A stretch of DNA of 64,000 nt, from positions 3,092 through 67,091 of the forward strand of contig DASVCO010000183.1 of NCBI GenBank assembly GCA_036381575.1, given 5' to 3'. The translations under genes were made by a program, and so were the position numbers. This document shows, piece by piece, positions 17,712 to 27,658 of this stretch (position 1 is its first letter; every line of letters starts with the position of its first letter). The stretch comes from Bacillales bacterium. GTDB lineage: Bacteria > Bacillota > Bacilli > Bacillales > DASSOY01. The notes beneath the pieces are model-generated. The model ran no database searches, had not been told where the DNA came from, and saw only the letters and a program-made list of their open reading frames with translations.

Positions 17712-18388
17712 ACGGGCTCGTCCCAGGTGTGGATTTTGATTTTCTGAGCAACCAGCCTGCCGATGTGGCGACAACGGTGCAGTTGTTTCTGCTGCTCACT
17801 GTACTTTCATTGGCGCCGGCCATACTGGTTCTCATGACATCTTTTACGCGGATTGTTATTATTTTATCTTTTGTCCGCACGGCTCTTGCTACGAGGCAAA
17901 TGCCTCCGAACCAGGTTTTAATTGGTCTTTCTTTATTTTTGACGTTCTTCATTATGGCACCGGTCTTTGGTGAAATTAACGAAAATGCCTTGCAGCCTTT
18001 TCTCGAAGGAGAGCTTACGCAACAAGAAGCTTTTGATCAGGCCGCGGCCCCGTTAAAGGAATTTATGGCGGAAAATACGCGGCAACAGGATCTCCAGTTA
18101 TTCATGAATTACGGCGATTTTGAGAAACCGGAAAGTATAGAGGATATTCCCCTCACGGCTCTTGTTCCTGCTTTTACAATCAGTGAGTTGAAAACGGCGT
18201 TTGAAATCGGGTTTATGATTTATGTCCCTTTTCTGGTCATTGATATGGTTGTGGCAAGCGTCCTGATGTCGATGGGGATGATGATGCTTCCTCCTGTTAT
18301 TATCTCATTACCATTCAAAATATTATTGTTTGTACTGGTCGACGGCTGGTATCTTATCGTGAAATCGATTTTGTTAAGCTTTCAGTAA
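17708..18388 (+). CDS. fliP: Flagellar export gate protein FliP
   Basis: 226-aa polytopic membrane protein with the MTSFTRIVIILSFVRTALATRQMPPNQVLIGLSLFLTFFIMAP signature. Confidence 0.96.
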   Translation: MNGLVPGVDFDFLSNQPADVATTVQLFLLLTVLSLAPAILVLMTSFTRIVIILSFVRTALATRQMPPNQVLIGLSLFLTFFIMAPVFGEINENALQPFLEGELTQQEAFDQAAAPLKEFMAENTRQQDLQLFMNYGDFEKPESIEDIPLTALVPAFTISELKTAFEIGFMIYVPFLVIDMVVASVLMSMGMMMLPPVIISLPFKILLFVLVDGWYLIVKSILLSFQ

Positions 18389-18436
18389 TTTCGGGTTTGA
18401 GGAATGCTTGTTCCAATCCAGAATGAAGGTGATATT

Positions 18437-18706
18437 GTGAGTCCCGAATTTGTGATATCTATTGCCAGGCAAGGAGTTTATACGGTACTTTTAATTGCTG
18501 CTCCAGTTCTGCTTATTGCCCTTGTTGTCGGGTTACTTGTAAGTGTTTTTCAGGCGACAACGCAAATTCAAGAACAAACGCTTGCTTTTATTCCGAAGAT
18601 CGCAGCTGTCCTCATTTCGCTTATTCTATTCGGGCCGTGGATGTTGTCGCAGATGCTCAGTTTCACGCATAACATCTTCACTCATCTGAACCAGTTCGGA
18701 GGATGA
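18437..18706 (+). CDS. fliQ: Flagellar export gate protein FliQ
   Basis: 89 aa from GTG 18437 (SD GAAGGTGA). Two TM helices and the usual FliQ size. The track start at 18404 is an extension. Confidence 0.9.
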   Translation: MSPEFVISIARQGVYTVLLIAAPVLLIALVVGLLVSVFQATTQIQEQTLAFIPKIAAVLISLILFGPWMLSQMLSFTHNIFTHLNQFGG

Positions 18707-19488
18707 CGTTGACGGATATTTTGCAAGGATTGCCGGCTTTTTTCCTGGTTTTCATTCGGGTGGTTTCTTTTTTCATTACGGTTCCGTTTTTTTCGTATCG
18801 CAATATTCCGGCGTCCGCCAAGATCGGACTGGCATTCTTTCTGGCCTGGCTTATGTACTTTACGGTGCATCCGGACCCGATAGAGATTGATATGATGTTT
18901 TTCCTGCTTGTGGTCAAGGAGGCTTTTGTCGGGTTAGCGATCGGCATCATTGCCATGATTCTGATTTATGCAGTACAGGTAGCCGGGTCGTTCATTGATT
19001 TGCAGATGGGGTTTGCCATCGCAAATGTTTTCGACCCGCAAACGGGAATTCAGAGCCCCCTGATGGGGAAATACCTTTATACCTTTGCCATTTTATTTAT
19101 GTTATCAGTGAATGCTCATTATTTGTTGATTGACGGGATTTATTACAGTTATCAGTTCATTCCGTTGGAATCACTGGATATTCATTTCGGTTCCGGTTCT
19201 TTGGCGGAATTGGTCACAGAGACGTTTACAAAAATGTTTGTGATTTCTTTCCAGATGGCTGTTCCTGTTGTCGGTTCTCTCTTTCTCGTTGATATTGCGC
19301 TTGGAATCGTGGCTCGTACCGTTCCGCAAGTGAATGTTTTTATCGTCGGATTGCCGCTTAAGGTTTTGGTCAGTTTTGCGGTTTTGATCATTGTGTTGCC
19401 GCTATTTATGGGACTGGTTCACGAGCTTGTGGGAGATATTGTTTCAGCGATGCGCGGATTGATGCAAATATTGGGGGGTGGGGGATAA
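18703..19488 (+). CDS. fliR: Flagellar export gate protein FliR
   Basis: 261-aa polytopic membrane protein, ATGA-coupled to fliQ. Confidence 0.92.
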   Translation: MTLTDILQGLPAFFLVFIRVVSFFITVPFFSYRNIPASAKIGLAFFLAWLMYFTVHPDPIEIDMMFFLLVVKEAFVGLAIGIIAMILIYAVQVAGSFIDLQMGFAIANVFDPQTGIQSPLMGKYLYTFAILFMLSVNAHYLLIDGIYYSYQFIPLESLDIHFGSGSLAELVTETFTKMFVISFQMAVPVVGSLFLVDIALGIVARTVPQVNVFIVGLPLKVLVSFAVLIIVLPLFMGLVHELVGDIVSAMRGLMQILGGGG

Positions 19489-20544
19489 GTGGCTGCCGGA
19501 GAAAAGACGGAAAAAGCGACGCCGAAAAAACGCCAGGACAGCCGAAAAAAAGGACAGGTTGCTAAAAGCGCTGATGTCAATACTGCTCTAATTTTATTAG
19601 CCGTGTTTTTGTTCTTGCTGTTTTTCGGGGCTTCGTTTGTTCAAAAATTGTTGACTCTTTTCCGGCATGCCTTTTCAGAATTTATGCTGATGGATGTGAC
19701 AGGAGAATCGGTAGAGATGATGTTTCTCGTGTTGACAATAAATGCGGCCAAAGCTGCGGTTCCGCTAGCGCTTGTTGCTTTTTTCACAGCCATTGCAACC
19801 AACTATCTGCAAATCGGGTTTCTGTTCTCGACGGAAGCTGTCCAGTTTAAGTTGGAGCGTCTGAACCCGATTCAAGGGGCGAAGAAAATCTTTTCACTGC
19901 GGGCTCTTGTTGAGCTTGCCAAATCGGTGTTGAAGATTTCTTTTATCGGAGGTGTGGCCTTCGGGGTTCTTTGGCTGGAAAAGGACAAGATGTTGTCGCT
20001 GGGACAACTCAGTCCAGGTGGGGCCGCAAGTGTACTGGGTCATTTGCTTACGAAAATGGGGCTGGCCGTCTCCATTGTTTTGATTTTCATTTCAATAATT
20101 GATTTCACCTACCAGCGTTACGATCATGAGAAGAACCTGAGGATGTCCAAGCAAGATGTGAAAGATGAACACAAGAACATGGAAGGCGACCCGAAAGTCA
20201 AACGAAAAATCAAGGAAAGACAGCAGCAAATGGCAATGAGGAGAATGATGCAGGAGGTTCCGGATGCCGATGTTATTATTACGAATCCAACTCACTATGC
20301 GATCGCATTGAAATATGATGGGGGAGATATGGATGCCCCGGTTGTAATTGCGAAAGGTGTGGATTACGTTGCTCAGAAAATCAAGGAAATCGCAAAAAAA
20401 CACAATGTCGTAACGATGGAGAATCGTCCGCTTGCGAGAGCCTTGTATCAGCAGGCGGAAATCGGACGAGCGATTCCGGAAGATTTCTTTAAGGCTGTCG
20501 CGGAAATATTAGCTTATGTTTATCGATTGAAAAATAAAGTGTAA
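19489..20544 (+). CDS. flhB: Flagellar export switch protein FlhB
   Basis: 351 aa with a GTG start. The NPTH autocleavage motif is present (ITNPTHYAIALKY). Confidence 0.95.
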   Translation: MAAGEKTEKATPKKRQDSRKKGQVAKSADVNTALILLAVFLFLLFFGASFVQKLLTLFRHAFSEFMLMDVTGESVEMMFLVLTINAAKAAVPLALVAFFTAIATNYLQIGFLFSTEAVQFKLERLNPIQGAKKIFSLRALVELAKSVLKISFIGGVAFGVLWLEKDKMLSLGQLSPGGAASVLGHLLTKMGLAVSIVLIFISIIDFTYQRYDHEKNLRMSKQDVKDEHKNMEGDPKVKRKIKERQQQMAMRRMMQEVPDADVIITNPTHYAIALKYDGGDMDAPVVIAKGVDYVAQKIKEIAKKHNVVTMENRPLARALYQQAEIGRAIPEDFFKAVAEILAYVYRLKNKV

Positions 20545-20608
20545 ACCCTGGTGGATATTGGGGAACGGTCGTAGACTGGCCGGAATGTTCCGGAAAGGAG
20601 GAAAAACG

Positions 20609-22642
20609 ATGCATGCTCGTGATGTGATTGTATTAGCCGGAGTTATTTTAATTATTACAATGTTGATCATCCCTATGCCGAATATCGTATTATCGGTTTT
20701 GATCATCACGAACATTACACTGGCCCTGCTTATCATTTTGGTATCGATGAATATGACAGAACCGCTGCAATTTTCGATTTTCCCGTCTTTGTTGCTGCTG
20801 GCGACGTTATTTCGTTTGGGATTGAACGTGTCGACAACCCGCGCGATTCTGAGTAAAGGGGATGCGGGCAATGTGATTCACACTTTCGGTGAATTTGTTA
20901 TAGGCGGTAATGCAATCGTCGGTTTTGTGATCTTCTTGATTTTGATTATTATCCAGTTTGTCGTGATTACAAAGGGTTCGGAACGTGTGTCTGAAGTGGC
21001 GGCAAGATTTACGCTCGATGCCATGCCCGGAAAGCAGATGAGTATTGATGCCGATCTGAATGCCGGAATGATTTCCGATCAGGAAGCCCAAAAACGGCGT
21101 GAAGATATTGAGGATGAAGCCGATTTCTACGGGGCTATGGATGGGGCGAGTAAATTTGTCAAAGGTGACGCGATCGCCGGAATCGTCATCGTTATTATTA
21201 ATATGATTTTCGGTATGGTGATCGGTATCTTGCAAATGGATATGAGTCTTTCGGAGGCGGCGCACACCTATACAATCTTAACCGTCGGGGATGGCCTGGT
21301 TAGTCAAATTCCCGCTTTAATTATATCGACTGCCACAGGTATTGTTGTTACGAGAGCTGCCTCAGAAGGGAATCTCAGCCAGAATATTACTGAGCAAATT
21401 TTTGCCTTTCCTAAATTGTTGTATGTAGCAGCGGCCACTATTGCCGCCCTCGGATTATTTACGCCGATTAACGATCTTTTAACGTTGCCAATAGCGGCTC
21501 TTCTTGCCGTTGGAGGTTACATGTTGGGCCGTAAAGAGACCGACGGACAGCAGCTTGAGGAGTCGCCGGAAGAAGCAGCTGAAGAAGGAATGAAGAGCCC
21601 TGAAAATGTCATTCAACTGTTATCGATGGATCCGATTGAGTTTGAATTCGGATACGGATTGATCCCGTTGGCGGATGTCAACCAGGGTGGTGATTTGCTG
21701 GACCGGGTGGTAATGATTCGACGCCAGCTTGCGCTGGAGCTCGGACTTGTTATTCCTGTTGTCAGAATCCGAGATAATATTCAACTTGATCCCAATGAGT
21801 ACCGAATTAGGGTAAAAGGAAATGACGTGGCAAAGGGTGAGTTGTTATTGGATCATTTTATGGCAATGAGCCCGGGAGTTGAAGATGATTCTATCGAAGG
21901 CGTGCAAACGGTAGAACCCGCCTTCGGGTTGCCGGCATTATGGATCAGTGAAGATACCAAAGAACGCGCCGAGCTGTCGGGTTATACGGTCGTAGATCCA
22001 CCTTCCGTTGTTTCAACCCATCTTACGGAAGTGATTAAGAAACATGCGCATGAATTACTCGGAAGACAGGAAACGAAGCAACTGATTGATCATTTAAAAG
22101 AGTCGAACCCGACGCTTGTTGAAGAAGTCACACCGGAACCGCTGTCTGTCGGTGAAGTGCAAAAGGTACTTTCTAATCTGTTGCGGGAAAATGTATCCAT
22201 TCGGAATTTGCCGGTTATCTTTGAAGCGCTTGCTGATTATGGAAAAATGACAAGGGACAGCGATTTGCTGACGGAGTATGTCCGGCAGTCTCTCGCCAGA
22301 CAAATTTCAGGTCAGTTTGTTCAGGAGAATGAATCTCTCAAGGTAGTGACGGTTTCGGGAGGAACAGAGAAAAAATTTGCCGACGCCATTCAACAAACGG
22401 AACACGGGAACTATCTGGCTCTTGACCCGGACGATACCCAGGCATTTTTTGATTCAGCCGCCCAAGAGCTGCAACAGTTGAAGACGACTAATCAGCCGCC
22501 TGTAATTCTTTGTTCGCCGACGGTCAGAATGTACGTCCGCCAATTGTTGGAACGATATCTTCCTGAAGTGGCTGTGCTGTCGTACAACGAACTTGAACCG
22601 AGCATTGAGGTTCAAAGTCTAGGGGTGGTGAATATCGCATGA
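20609..22642 (+). CDS. flhA: Flagellar export gate protein FlhA
   Basis: 677 aa from ATG 20609 (SD AAGGAGG). Conserved FHIPEP region and cytoplasmic domain. Confidence 0.96.
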   Translation: MHARDVIVLAGVILIITMLIIPMPNIVLSVLIITNITLALLIILVSMNMTEPLQFSIFPSLLLLATLFRLGLNVSTTRAILSKGDAGNVIHTFGEFVIGGNAIVGFVIFLILIIIQFVVITKGSERVSEVAARFTLDAMPGKQMSIDADLNAGMISDQEAQKRREDIEDEADFYGAMDGASKFVKGDAIAGIVIVIINMIFGMVIGILQMDMSLSEAAHTYTILTVGDGLVSQIPALIISTATGIVVTRAASEGNLSQNITEQIFAFPKLLYVAAATIAALGLFTPINDLLTLPIAALLAVGGYMLGRKETDGQQLEESPEEAAEEGMKSPENVIQLLSMDPIEFEFGYGLIPLADVNQGGDLLDRVVMIRRQLALELGLVIPVVRIRDNIQLDPNEYRIRVKGNDVAKGELLLDHFMAMSPGVEDDSIEGVQTVEPAFGLPALWISEDTKERAELSGYTVVDPPSVVSTHLTEVIKKHAHELLGRQETKQLIDHLKESNPTLVEEVTPEPLSVGEVQKVLSNLLRENVSIRNLPVIFEALADYGKMTRDSDLLTEYVRQSLARQISGQFVQENESLKVVTVSGGTEKKFADAIQQTEHGNYLALDPDDTQAFFDSAAQELQQLKTTNQPPVILCSPTVRMYVRQLLERYLPEVAVLSYNELEPSIEVQSLGVVNIA

Positions 22643-23751
22643 AGGTAAAAAAATTTACAGCGCCTTCAATGCCTGAGGCGATGAAACAGATTCGCAGTGA
22701 TTTAGGGAAAGAGGCCATTATATTAAATTCAAAAGAGGTGGAGAGAGGCGGTTTTTTCGGGTTTTTCACAAAAAAGTATCTTGAAGTGATTGCGGCTGTC
22801 GATCCTGATGTTGTATCTACAGCGTCCGCTCCGTCGCCTGCTTCGACTTCGAGCCCGGTTGGCAATGAGTCAGGAGAATCATGGAAGAGTGAAACCAATA
22901 GTTTTATTGATTTGCATGACGACATTATTCGAAAGGTGAGGGTTAAGTCCGACTATCCGGGACCGTTAGCTGACGTTCGTGATAGGCTGGATGCCCAGGA
23001 AGTGGAGGATCGGCTCACTGAAAGACTTATGAAGCCGCTTATGAGAGCTTGGTATAAGAGTGATGAGTCGTTAGGGAAGGAAAGAGTTTACCAGTCGTTA
23101 TACGAAACATTGACCCATCACTTGATGGAAAAGGCGAAAGAACCGTTTGCTTATGAAAAAAAATATTTATTGCTCGCAGGGCCGACAGGTGTAGGTAAAA
23201 CCACGACACTTGCGAAAATCGCCGCAAAAGCCCAGCTTGAAGACCAGAAGGAAATTGCTTTTATCACAGCGGATACATACCGGATTGCTGCTGTTGACCA
23301 ATTAAAGTCCTACGCTGATATCTTGAACGTTCCAATAGAGATTGCTTATTCAAAGGCGGACTTTCTTGCGGCAAAAGAAAAGTTTGCAGATCGGGATTTG
23401 GTATTGGTCGATACGGCCGGGAGGAACTTCAGGGAGGAGTCCTATATTGAGGAACTGAAACAATTGATTCCTTTTGGAGCTGATACGGAGACATGGCTTG
23501 TGCTCTCCATGACATCAAAATATCAAGATATGCTGGCCATTTTTCAAAAGTTTGCCGCCTTGTCTCCCGATCGATTTGTCTTGACGAAATTTGATGAAAC
23601 TCAATCTTACGGAGCAGCGGTCAACTTTTGGTTAAGAAGCGGCATCGCACCGGCATTTCTGACAAACGGGCAAAATGTGCCGGACGATCTTATTCGAGCG
23701 ACACCTGAAAGGATAGCCGGAATGCTTTCGGGGGTGGAACACCATGCTTGA
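22639..23751 (+). CDS. flhF: Flagellar placement SRP-type GTPase FlhF
   Basis: 370 aa with [20 protein letters not shown] and TKFDET GTPase motifs. ATGA overlap with flhA. Confidence 0.94.
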   Translation: MKVKKFTAPSMPEAMKQIRSDLGKEAIILNSKEVERGGFFGFFTKKYLEVIAAVDPDVVSTASAPSPASTSSPVGNESGESWKSETNSFIDLHDDIIRKVRVKSDYPGPLADVRDRLDAQEVEDRLTERLMKPLMRAWYKSDESLGKERVYQSLYETLTHHLMEKAKEPFAYEKKYLLLAGPTGVGKTTTLAKIAAKAQLEDQKEIAFITADTYRIAAVDQLKSYADILNVPIEIAYSKADFLAAKEKFADRDLVLVDTAGRNFREESYIEELKQLIPFGADTETWLVLSMTSKYQDMLAIFQKFAALSPDRFVLTKFDETQSYGAAVNFWLRSGIAPAFLTNGQNVPDDLIRATPERIAGMLSGVEHHA

Positions 23752-24589
23752 TCAGGCCGATAATTTACGAAAGAAAGTGAAAACCACTCGGGTTGTTTCG
23801 GTTATCAGCGGAAAAGGCGGTGTCGGAAAGTCGAATCTTTCTTTGAATTTTGCGTTGGCTTTAAAGAAACTAGGGAAAAAGGTCATTTTGTTTGATTTGG
23901 ATATCGGCATGGCCAATCTGGATATTTTGATGGGATTGTTACCTGCTCGCACAATAGTCGACATGGTTGAGGAAAATCTATCGGTCTGGGAAATTATTGA
24001 GCATGGAACCGGAGGATTGCCGTTTATTGCGGGCGGAAGCGGTCTATCCGAGGTGTTTCGGATGGATGAACGGAAAACTGAACATTTTCTGCATGAACTC
24101 GGCTGTCTGCAAAAGGAGTATGACACTGTTATTTTTGATATGGGAGCAGGTGTATCAGACGATTTATTGAAATTCGTACTGGCCAGCGATGAAGCAATTG
24201 TAGTAACCACCCCTGAGCCGACAGCAATGACGGATGCCTATGCTGCCTTGAAATTTATTTGTCGCGCAGGGGGACAACTTCCGGTGCGGATTGTGGTAAA
24301 CCGTTCACAATCAGAAAAAGAAGGGCGTGAAACAGCCATTCGTCTGCAACGGGTGGCAGCTCGTTTCCTGAATCAGAAAATTCGAGCATTCAGTGTTTTA
24401 CCCGATGACAGCACTGTTCCGAATGCCGTAAAGGCGGGAATTCCTTTTTTATTATATGCACCGAGGGCACCAGTTACGAAAGCTGTCCAGGAGGCCGCAC
24501 AGGCATGGAGCGGCTTGCCGGCAACCAGCGGAGGCTTCTTGCAAAAACTGAGAAACTACTTTCATTCCGGTAAGGAGAGAATTCTTTGA
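23744..24589 (+). CDS. flhG: MinD/ParA-type flagellar number regulator FlhG (YlxH)
   Basis: 281 aa with the deviant Walker A SGKGGVGKS and a C-terminal amphipathic helix GFLQKLRNYF. Confidence 0.93.
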   Translation: MLDQADNLRKKVKTTRVVSVISGKGGVGKSNLSLNFALALKKLGKKVILFDLDIGMANLDILMGLLPARTIVDMVEENLSVWEIIEHGTGGLPFIAGGSGLSEVFRMDERKTEHFLHELGCLQKEYDTVIFDMGAGVSDDLLKFVLASDEAIVVTTPEPTAMTDAYAALKFICRAGGQLPVRIVVNRSQSEKEGRETAIRLQRVAARFLNQKIRAFSVLPDDSTVPNAVKAGIPFLLYAPRAPVTKAVQEAAQAWSGLPATSGGFLQKLRNYFHSGKERIL

Positions 24590-25182
24590 ATCTCTATAAG
24601 ACAGTCATTTGCATAGGAACTTCCACGGGTGGACCAGGTGCTCTTGAACGTGTCTTGACCAGGCTCCCTGAGGGCTTTCCGGCACCATTGTTTATAGTCC
24701 AACATATGCCGCGGACATTTACTAAAGCTTTGGCCGCCCGCCTGGACTCCTTGTCGAAAATCAAGGTCAAAGAAGGTGAAGATGAGGAACAGGTGGAGGC
24801 TGGGACAGCCTATGTCGCACAGGGCGGTCAGCATATGAAAGTGGCACAGACCCGTTCCGGAGTGGTTATAAAGATCGATCACCCAAACTCCGGGAAGGGG
24901 CATTGCCCTTCGGTTGACGAATTGTTCAAATCCGTGGCCGCATTGAAAGATTATAAGAAAGTTGCCGTTATTATGACTGGGATGGGTTCGGATGGAACAG
25001 CAGGCCTGCGTCTGTTAAAAGCAGCCGGAAATACACTCGCAATTGCCGAATCTGAGATCTCCTCTGTTGTGTTCGGCATGCCAAGGGCAGCCGGTGCGAC
25101 CGGAATGGTGGACGAAGTGGTTCATGTTGACCACATTGCCGAACATTTGATGAAGATAGTCATGCCGACCAGAAGGAGTTGA
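24586..25182 (+). CDS. cheB: Chemotaxis protein-glutamate methylesterase CheB, catalytic domain only (no receiver domain)
   Basis: 198 aa. The only possible start is TTG 24586 (SD AAGGAGAG, in-frame TAA at 24571). GTSTGGP, VQHMP and GMGSDG motifs are present. There is no REC-coding sequence upstream because flhG fills that space. Confidence 0.9.
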   Translation: MNLYKTVICIGTSTGGPGALERVLTRLPEGFPAPLFIVQHMPRTFTKALAARLDSLSKIKVKEGEDEEQVEAGTAYVAQGGQHMKVAQTRSGVVIKIDHPNSGKGHCPSVDELFKSVAALKDYKKVAVIMTGMGSDGTAGLRLLKAAGNTLAIAESEISSVVFGMPRAAGATGMVDEVVHVDHIAEHLMKIVMPTRRS

Positions 25183-25189
25183 ATGAGAA

Positions 25190-27154
25190 ATGGAAATGGA
25201 TCAGTATTTGGACGTGTTTCTTGATGAAAGCCGAGATCACCTGAAAACCATGAATGACGGACTGTTGGCATTGGAAAACGAGCCCGGCGAAATCAGCGTT
25301 GTTCAAGAAATCTTTCGGGGAGCCCATACGTTAAAAGGCATGTCTGCCACAATGGGCTATTCTGATATGGCAGAGTTAACCCATAAGCTGGAGAATGTTC
25401 TGGACGCTTTACGTAATAACGAGCTCCCGGTGACAACCCGGGCAGTTGACATCCTTCTCCAGGGTGCTGATGAATTGGAGGCAATGATTGAAAACATTTC
25501 GGATGGAGGAGACGGCAGCCGGGATGTCAGCAGGGTTGTTTCGGGCCTTCATATTCTGGTGAATGGAGAGGCGGACGTGCCATCGGAGAAAGGGCGGTCT
25601 GAGGGCAGCGTACAGCTGAATGAGTACGAGAAAACCGTCGTTGAGCAGGCGTTGGATCAAGGGAACTCGGCCTTTCGAATTCGGGTGGTCTTGCGCGAGG
25701 ATTGTTTGTTAAAAGCCGCTCGTGTGTTTATGGTATTTGAAGTATTGGAAGGAGCGGGCGAAGTGATTCAGGCGGTGCCCAGTGTCGAAAAGCTTGAAGA
25801 GGAAGAGTTCGACTCAGAGTTCTCCGTGGTAGTGATTTCGCAGGAAGAGGGCCAAAGAATCGAAGAACGAATTTTGAAGGTTTCCGAGATTGAAGCCGTT
25901 GAAATTGAGGAGGTCGGCACCGAATCTAAAAGCACTGCATTATCGGCGACACCGAAAAAGGAAGCGAAGGCTGAGGGGCCTGAACGACCTGTTACGGCTC
26001 GTAAAGGATTGCAAACAATCCGTGTCAATATTGAGCGGCTTGATAAGTTGATGAATTTGTTTGAGGAACTTGTCATTGATAAAGGCCGGCTTGAAAAGAT
26101 CTCCAGAGAAATAGGGAGCGGTGATCTGACGGAAACAGTGGAAAGGGTCGCGAGGGTTTCCGGAGATATACAGGAAATGATTTTGACATTGCGGATGGTT
26201 CCGATTGAGCAAGTTTTCGGACGGTTTCCGAAGATGGTCCGCGATCTTGCAAAGGATCTCGAAAAGGAAGTGAAACTGAATATTTCCGGGGGCGAGACAG
26301 AGTTAGACCGCACAGTTGTTGACGAAATTGGAGATCCACTTGTGCATTTATTGCGAAACTCGTTGGATCACGGTATTGAGTCGCCGGAGTTGAGGAAATC
26401 CAAGGGCAAGCCCCGTGAAGGGACAGTTAATCTGAAAGCCTTTTATAGCGGCAATCATGTCCTTATAGAAATTCAGGATGATGGTGCAGGAATTAATCGG
26501 GAAAGTGTCTTAAGGAAAGCCTTGGAAAATAATGTGGTGACGGAAACGGAAGCTGAGACATTATCGGATCGGGAAGTGTATGAGCTATTGTTTGCCTCGG
26601 GCTTTAGTACGGCGGAGGCAATATCTGATATTTCCGGACGAGGTGTGGGGCTTGATGTGGTCAAAAATAAAATTGAGTCGCTCGGCGGACGTGTACAGGT
26701 TGATTCCGATCCCGGAAATGGCACAACCTTCACCATTCAATTGCCTCTTACATTGTCGATTATTGCGGCTATGCTGGTCGAGGTGGGTAAGGAAACCTAT
26801 GCTGTTCCTTTGTCCTCAATTGTCGAAATTGCCGTCATTCCCGAGGAGGAGATTTTCACTCCGCATAAACAACAGATGATTGACTTTCGCGGGAAAATGG
26901 TTCCGGTGATTTCTTTGCGGCACGTTTTCGGGGTACCCGAACAGGCAAATACATCCGGCTCTTATCCGGTTGTCATCATCCGAAAGGGTGATAAGCTTGC
27001 AGGTCTTTTGGTAGACGCTTTTGTCGGCCATCAGGAAGTTGTTATGAAGTCACTCGGAAACTATTTACCGGAGATTTTCGGAATATCCGGTGCGACTATA
27101 TTGGGAGACGGGCAAGTGGCTCTTATTATCGATTGCAATACATTGATTCATTGA
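25190..27154 (+). CDS. cheA: Chemotaxis histidine kinase CheA
   Basis: 654 aa with HPt HTLKGMSATMG, kinase boxes (DDGAGI, GRGVGLD) and a C-terminal CheW-like domain. Confidence 0.96.
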   Translation: MEMDQYLDVFLDESRDHLKTMNDGLLALENEPGEISVVQEIFRGAHTLKGMSATMGYSDMAELTHKLENVLDALRNNELPVTTRAVDILLQGADELEAMIENISDGGDGSRDVSRVVSGLHILVNGEADVPSEKGRSEGSVQLNEYEKTVVEQALDQGNSAFRIRVVLREDCLLKAARVFMVFEVLEGAGEVIQAVPSVEKLEEEEFDSEFSVVVISQEEGQRIEERILKVSEIEAVEIEEVGTESKSTALSATPKKEAKAEGPERPVTARKGLQTIRVNIERLDKLMNLFEELVIDKGRLEKISREIGSGDLTETVERVARVSGDIQEMILTLRMVPIEQVFGRFPKMVRDLAKDLEKEVKLNISGGETELDRTVVDEIGDPLVHLLRNSLDHGIESPELRKSKGKPREGTVNLKAFYSGNHVLIEIQDDGAGINRESVLRKALENNVVTETEAETLSDREVYELLFASGFSTAEAISDISGRGVGLDVVKNKIESLGGRVQVDSDPGNGTTFTIQLPLTLSIIAAMLVEVGKETYAVPLSSIVEIAVIPEEEIFTPHKQQMIDFRGKMVPVISLRHVFGVPEQANTSGSYPVVIIRKGDKLAGLLVDAFVGHQEVVMKSLGNYLPEIFGISGATILGDGQVALIIDCNTLIH

Positions 27155-27181
27155 CCATGAATATAATTGGGAGGGATTGTG

Positions 27182-27658
27182 TTGGAAACGGAAATGAAAG
27201 CGATTGTGTTTCAGTTGAATGACGAGGAATATGGAGTGGACATTCTTCAAGTTCGTTCGATTGAGAAATTGCAGGCCATCACAAGAGTGCCGAAGGCCCC
27301 ACATTTTGTCAACGGGGTTATCAATTTGCGCGGGATTATTACGCCTGTTATTGACCTTCGTAAAAGGTTCTCGTTGGAAGAGCGTGACGAAACAGAGGAT
27401 ACAAGAATTATCATTGTGCAGGTATCAGAAACAGAAGTCGGCTTGATTGTAGATGGTGCAACTGATGTAATTGATATTCCCGAAGGCGCCATTGAACCGC
27501 CGGCGGATATTGTCGGGGGTGTGAAGGCTGAGTATTTGCGCGGGGTCGCCAAATTGGAAAATCGACTGCTCATCATGTTGAACCTGGAGAAGGTTCTCAA
27601 TCCTGAAGAAATTGAGGAATTGAAGGTGTTAGAGGAAAACGAACATGGGGCCGTATAA
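27182..27658 (+). CDS. cheW: Chemotaxis coupling protein CheW
   Basis: About 158 aa with VPKAPHFVNGVINLRGIITPVIDLRKRF. The start is ambiguous (GTG 27179, TTG 27182, ATG 27194) after GGAGGG. Confidence 0.93.
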   Translation: METEMKAIVFQLNDEEYGVDILQVRSIEKLQAITRVPKAPHFVNGVINLRGIITPVIDLRKRFSLEERDETEDTRIIIVQVSETEVGLIVDGATDVIDIPEGAIEPPADIVGGVKAEYLRGVAKLENRLLIMLNLEKVLNPEEIEELKVLEENEHGAV

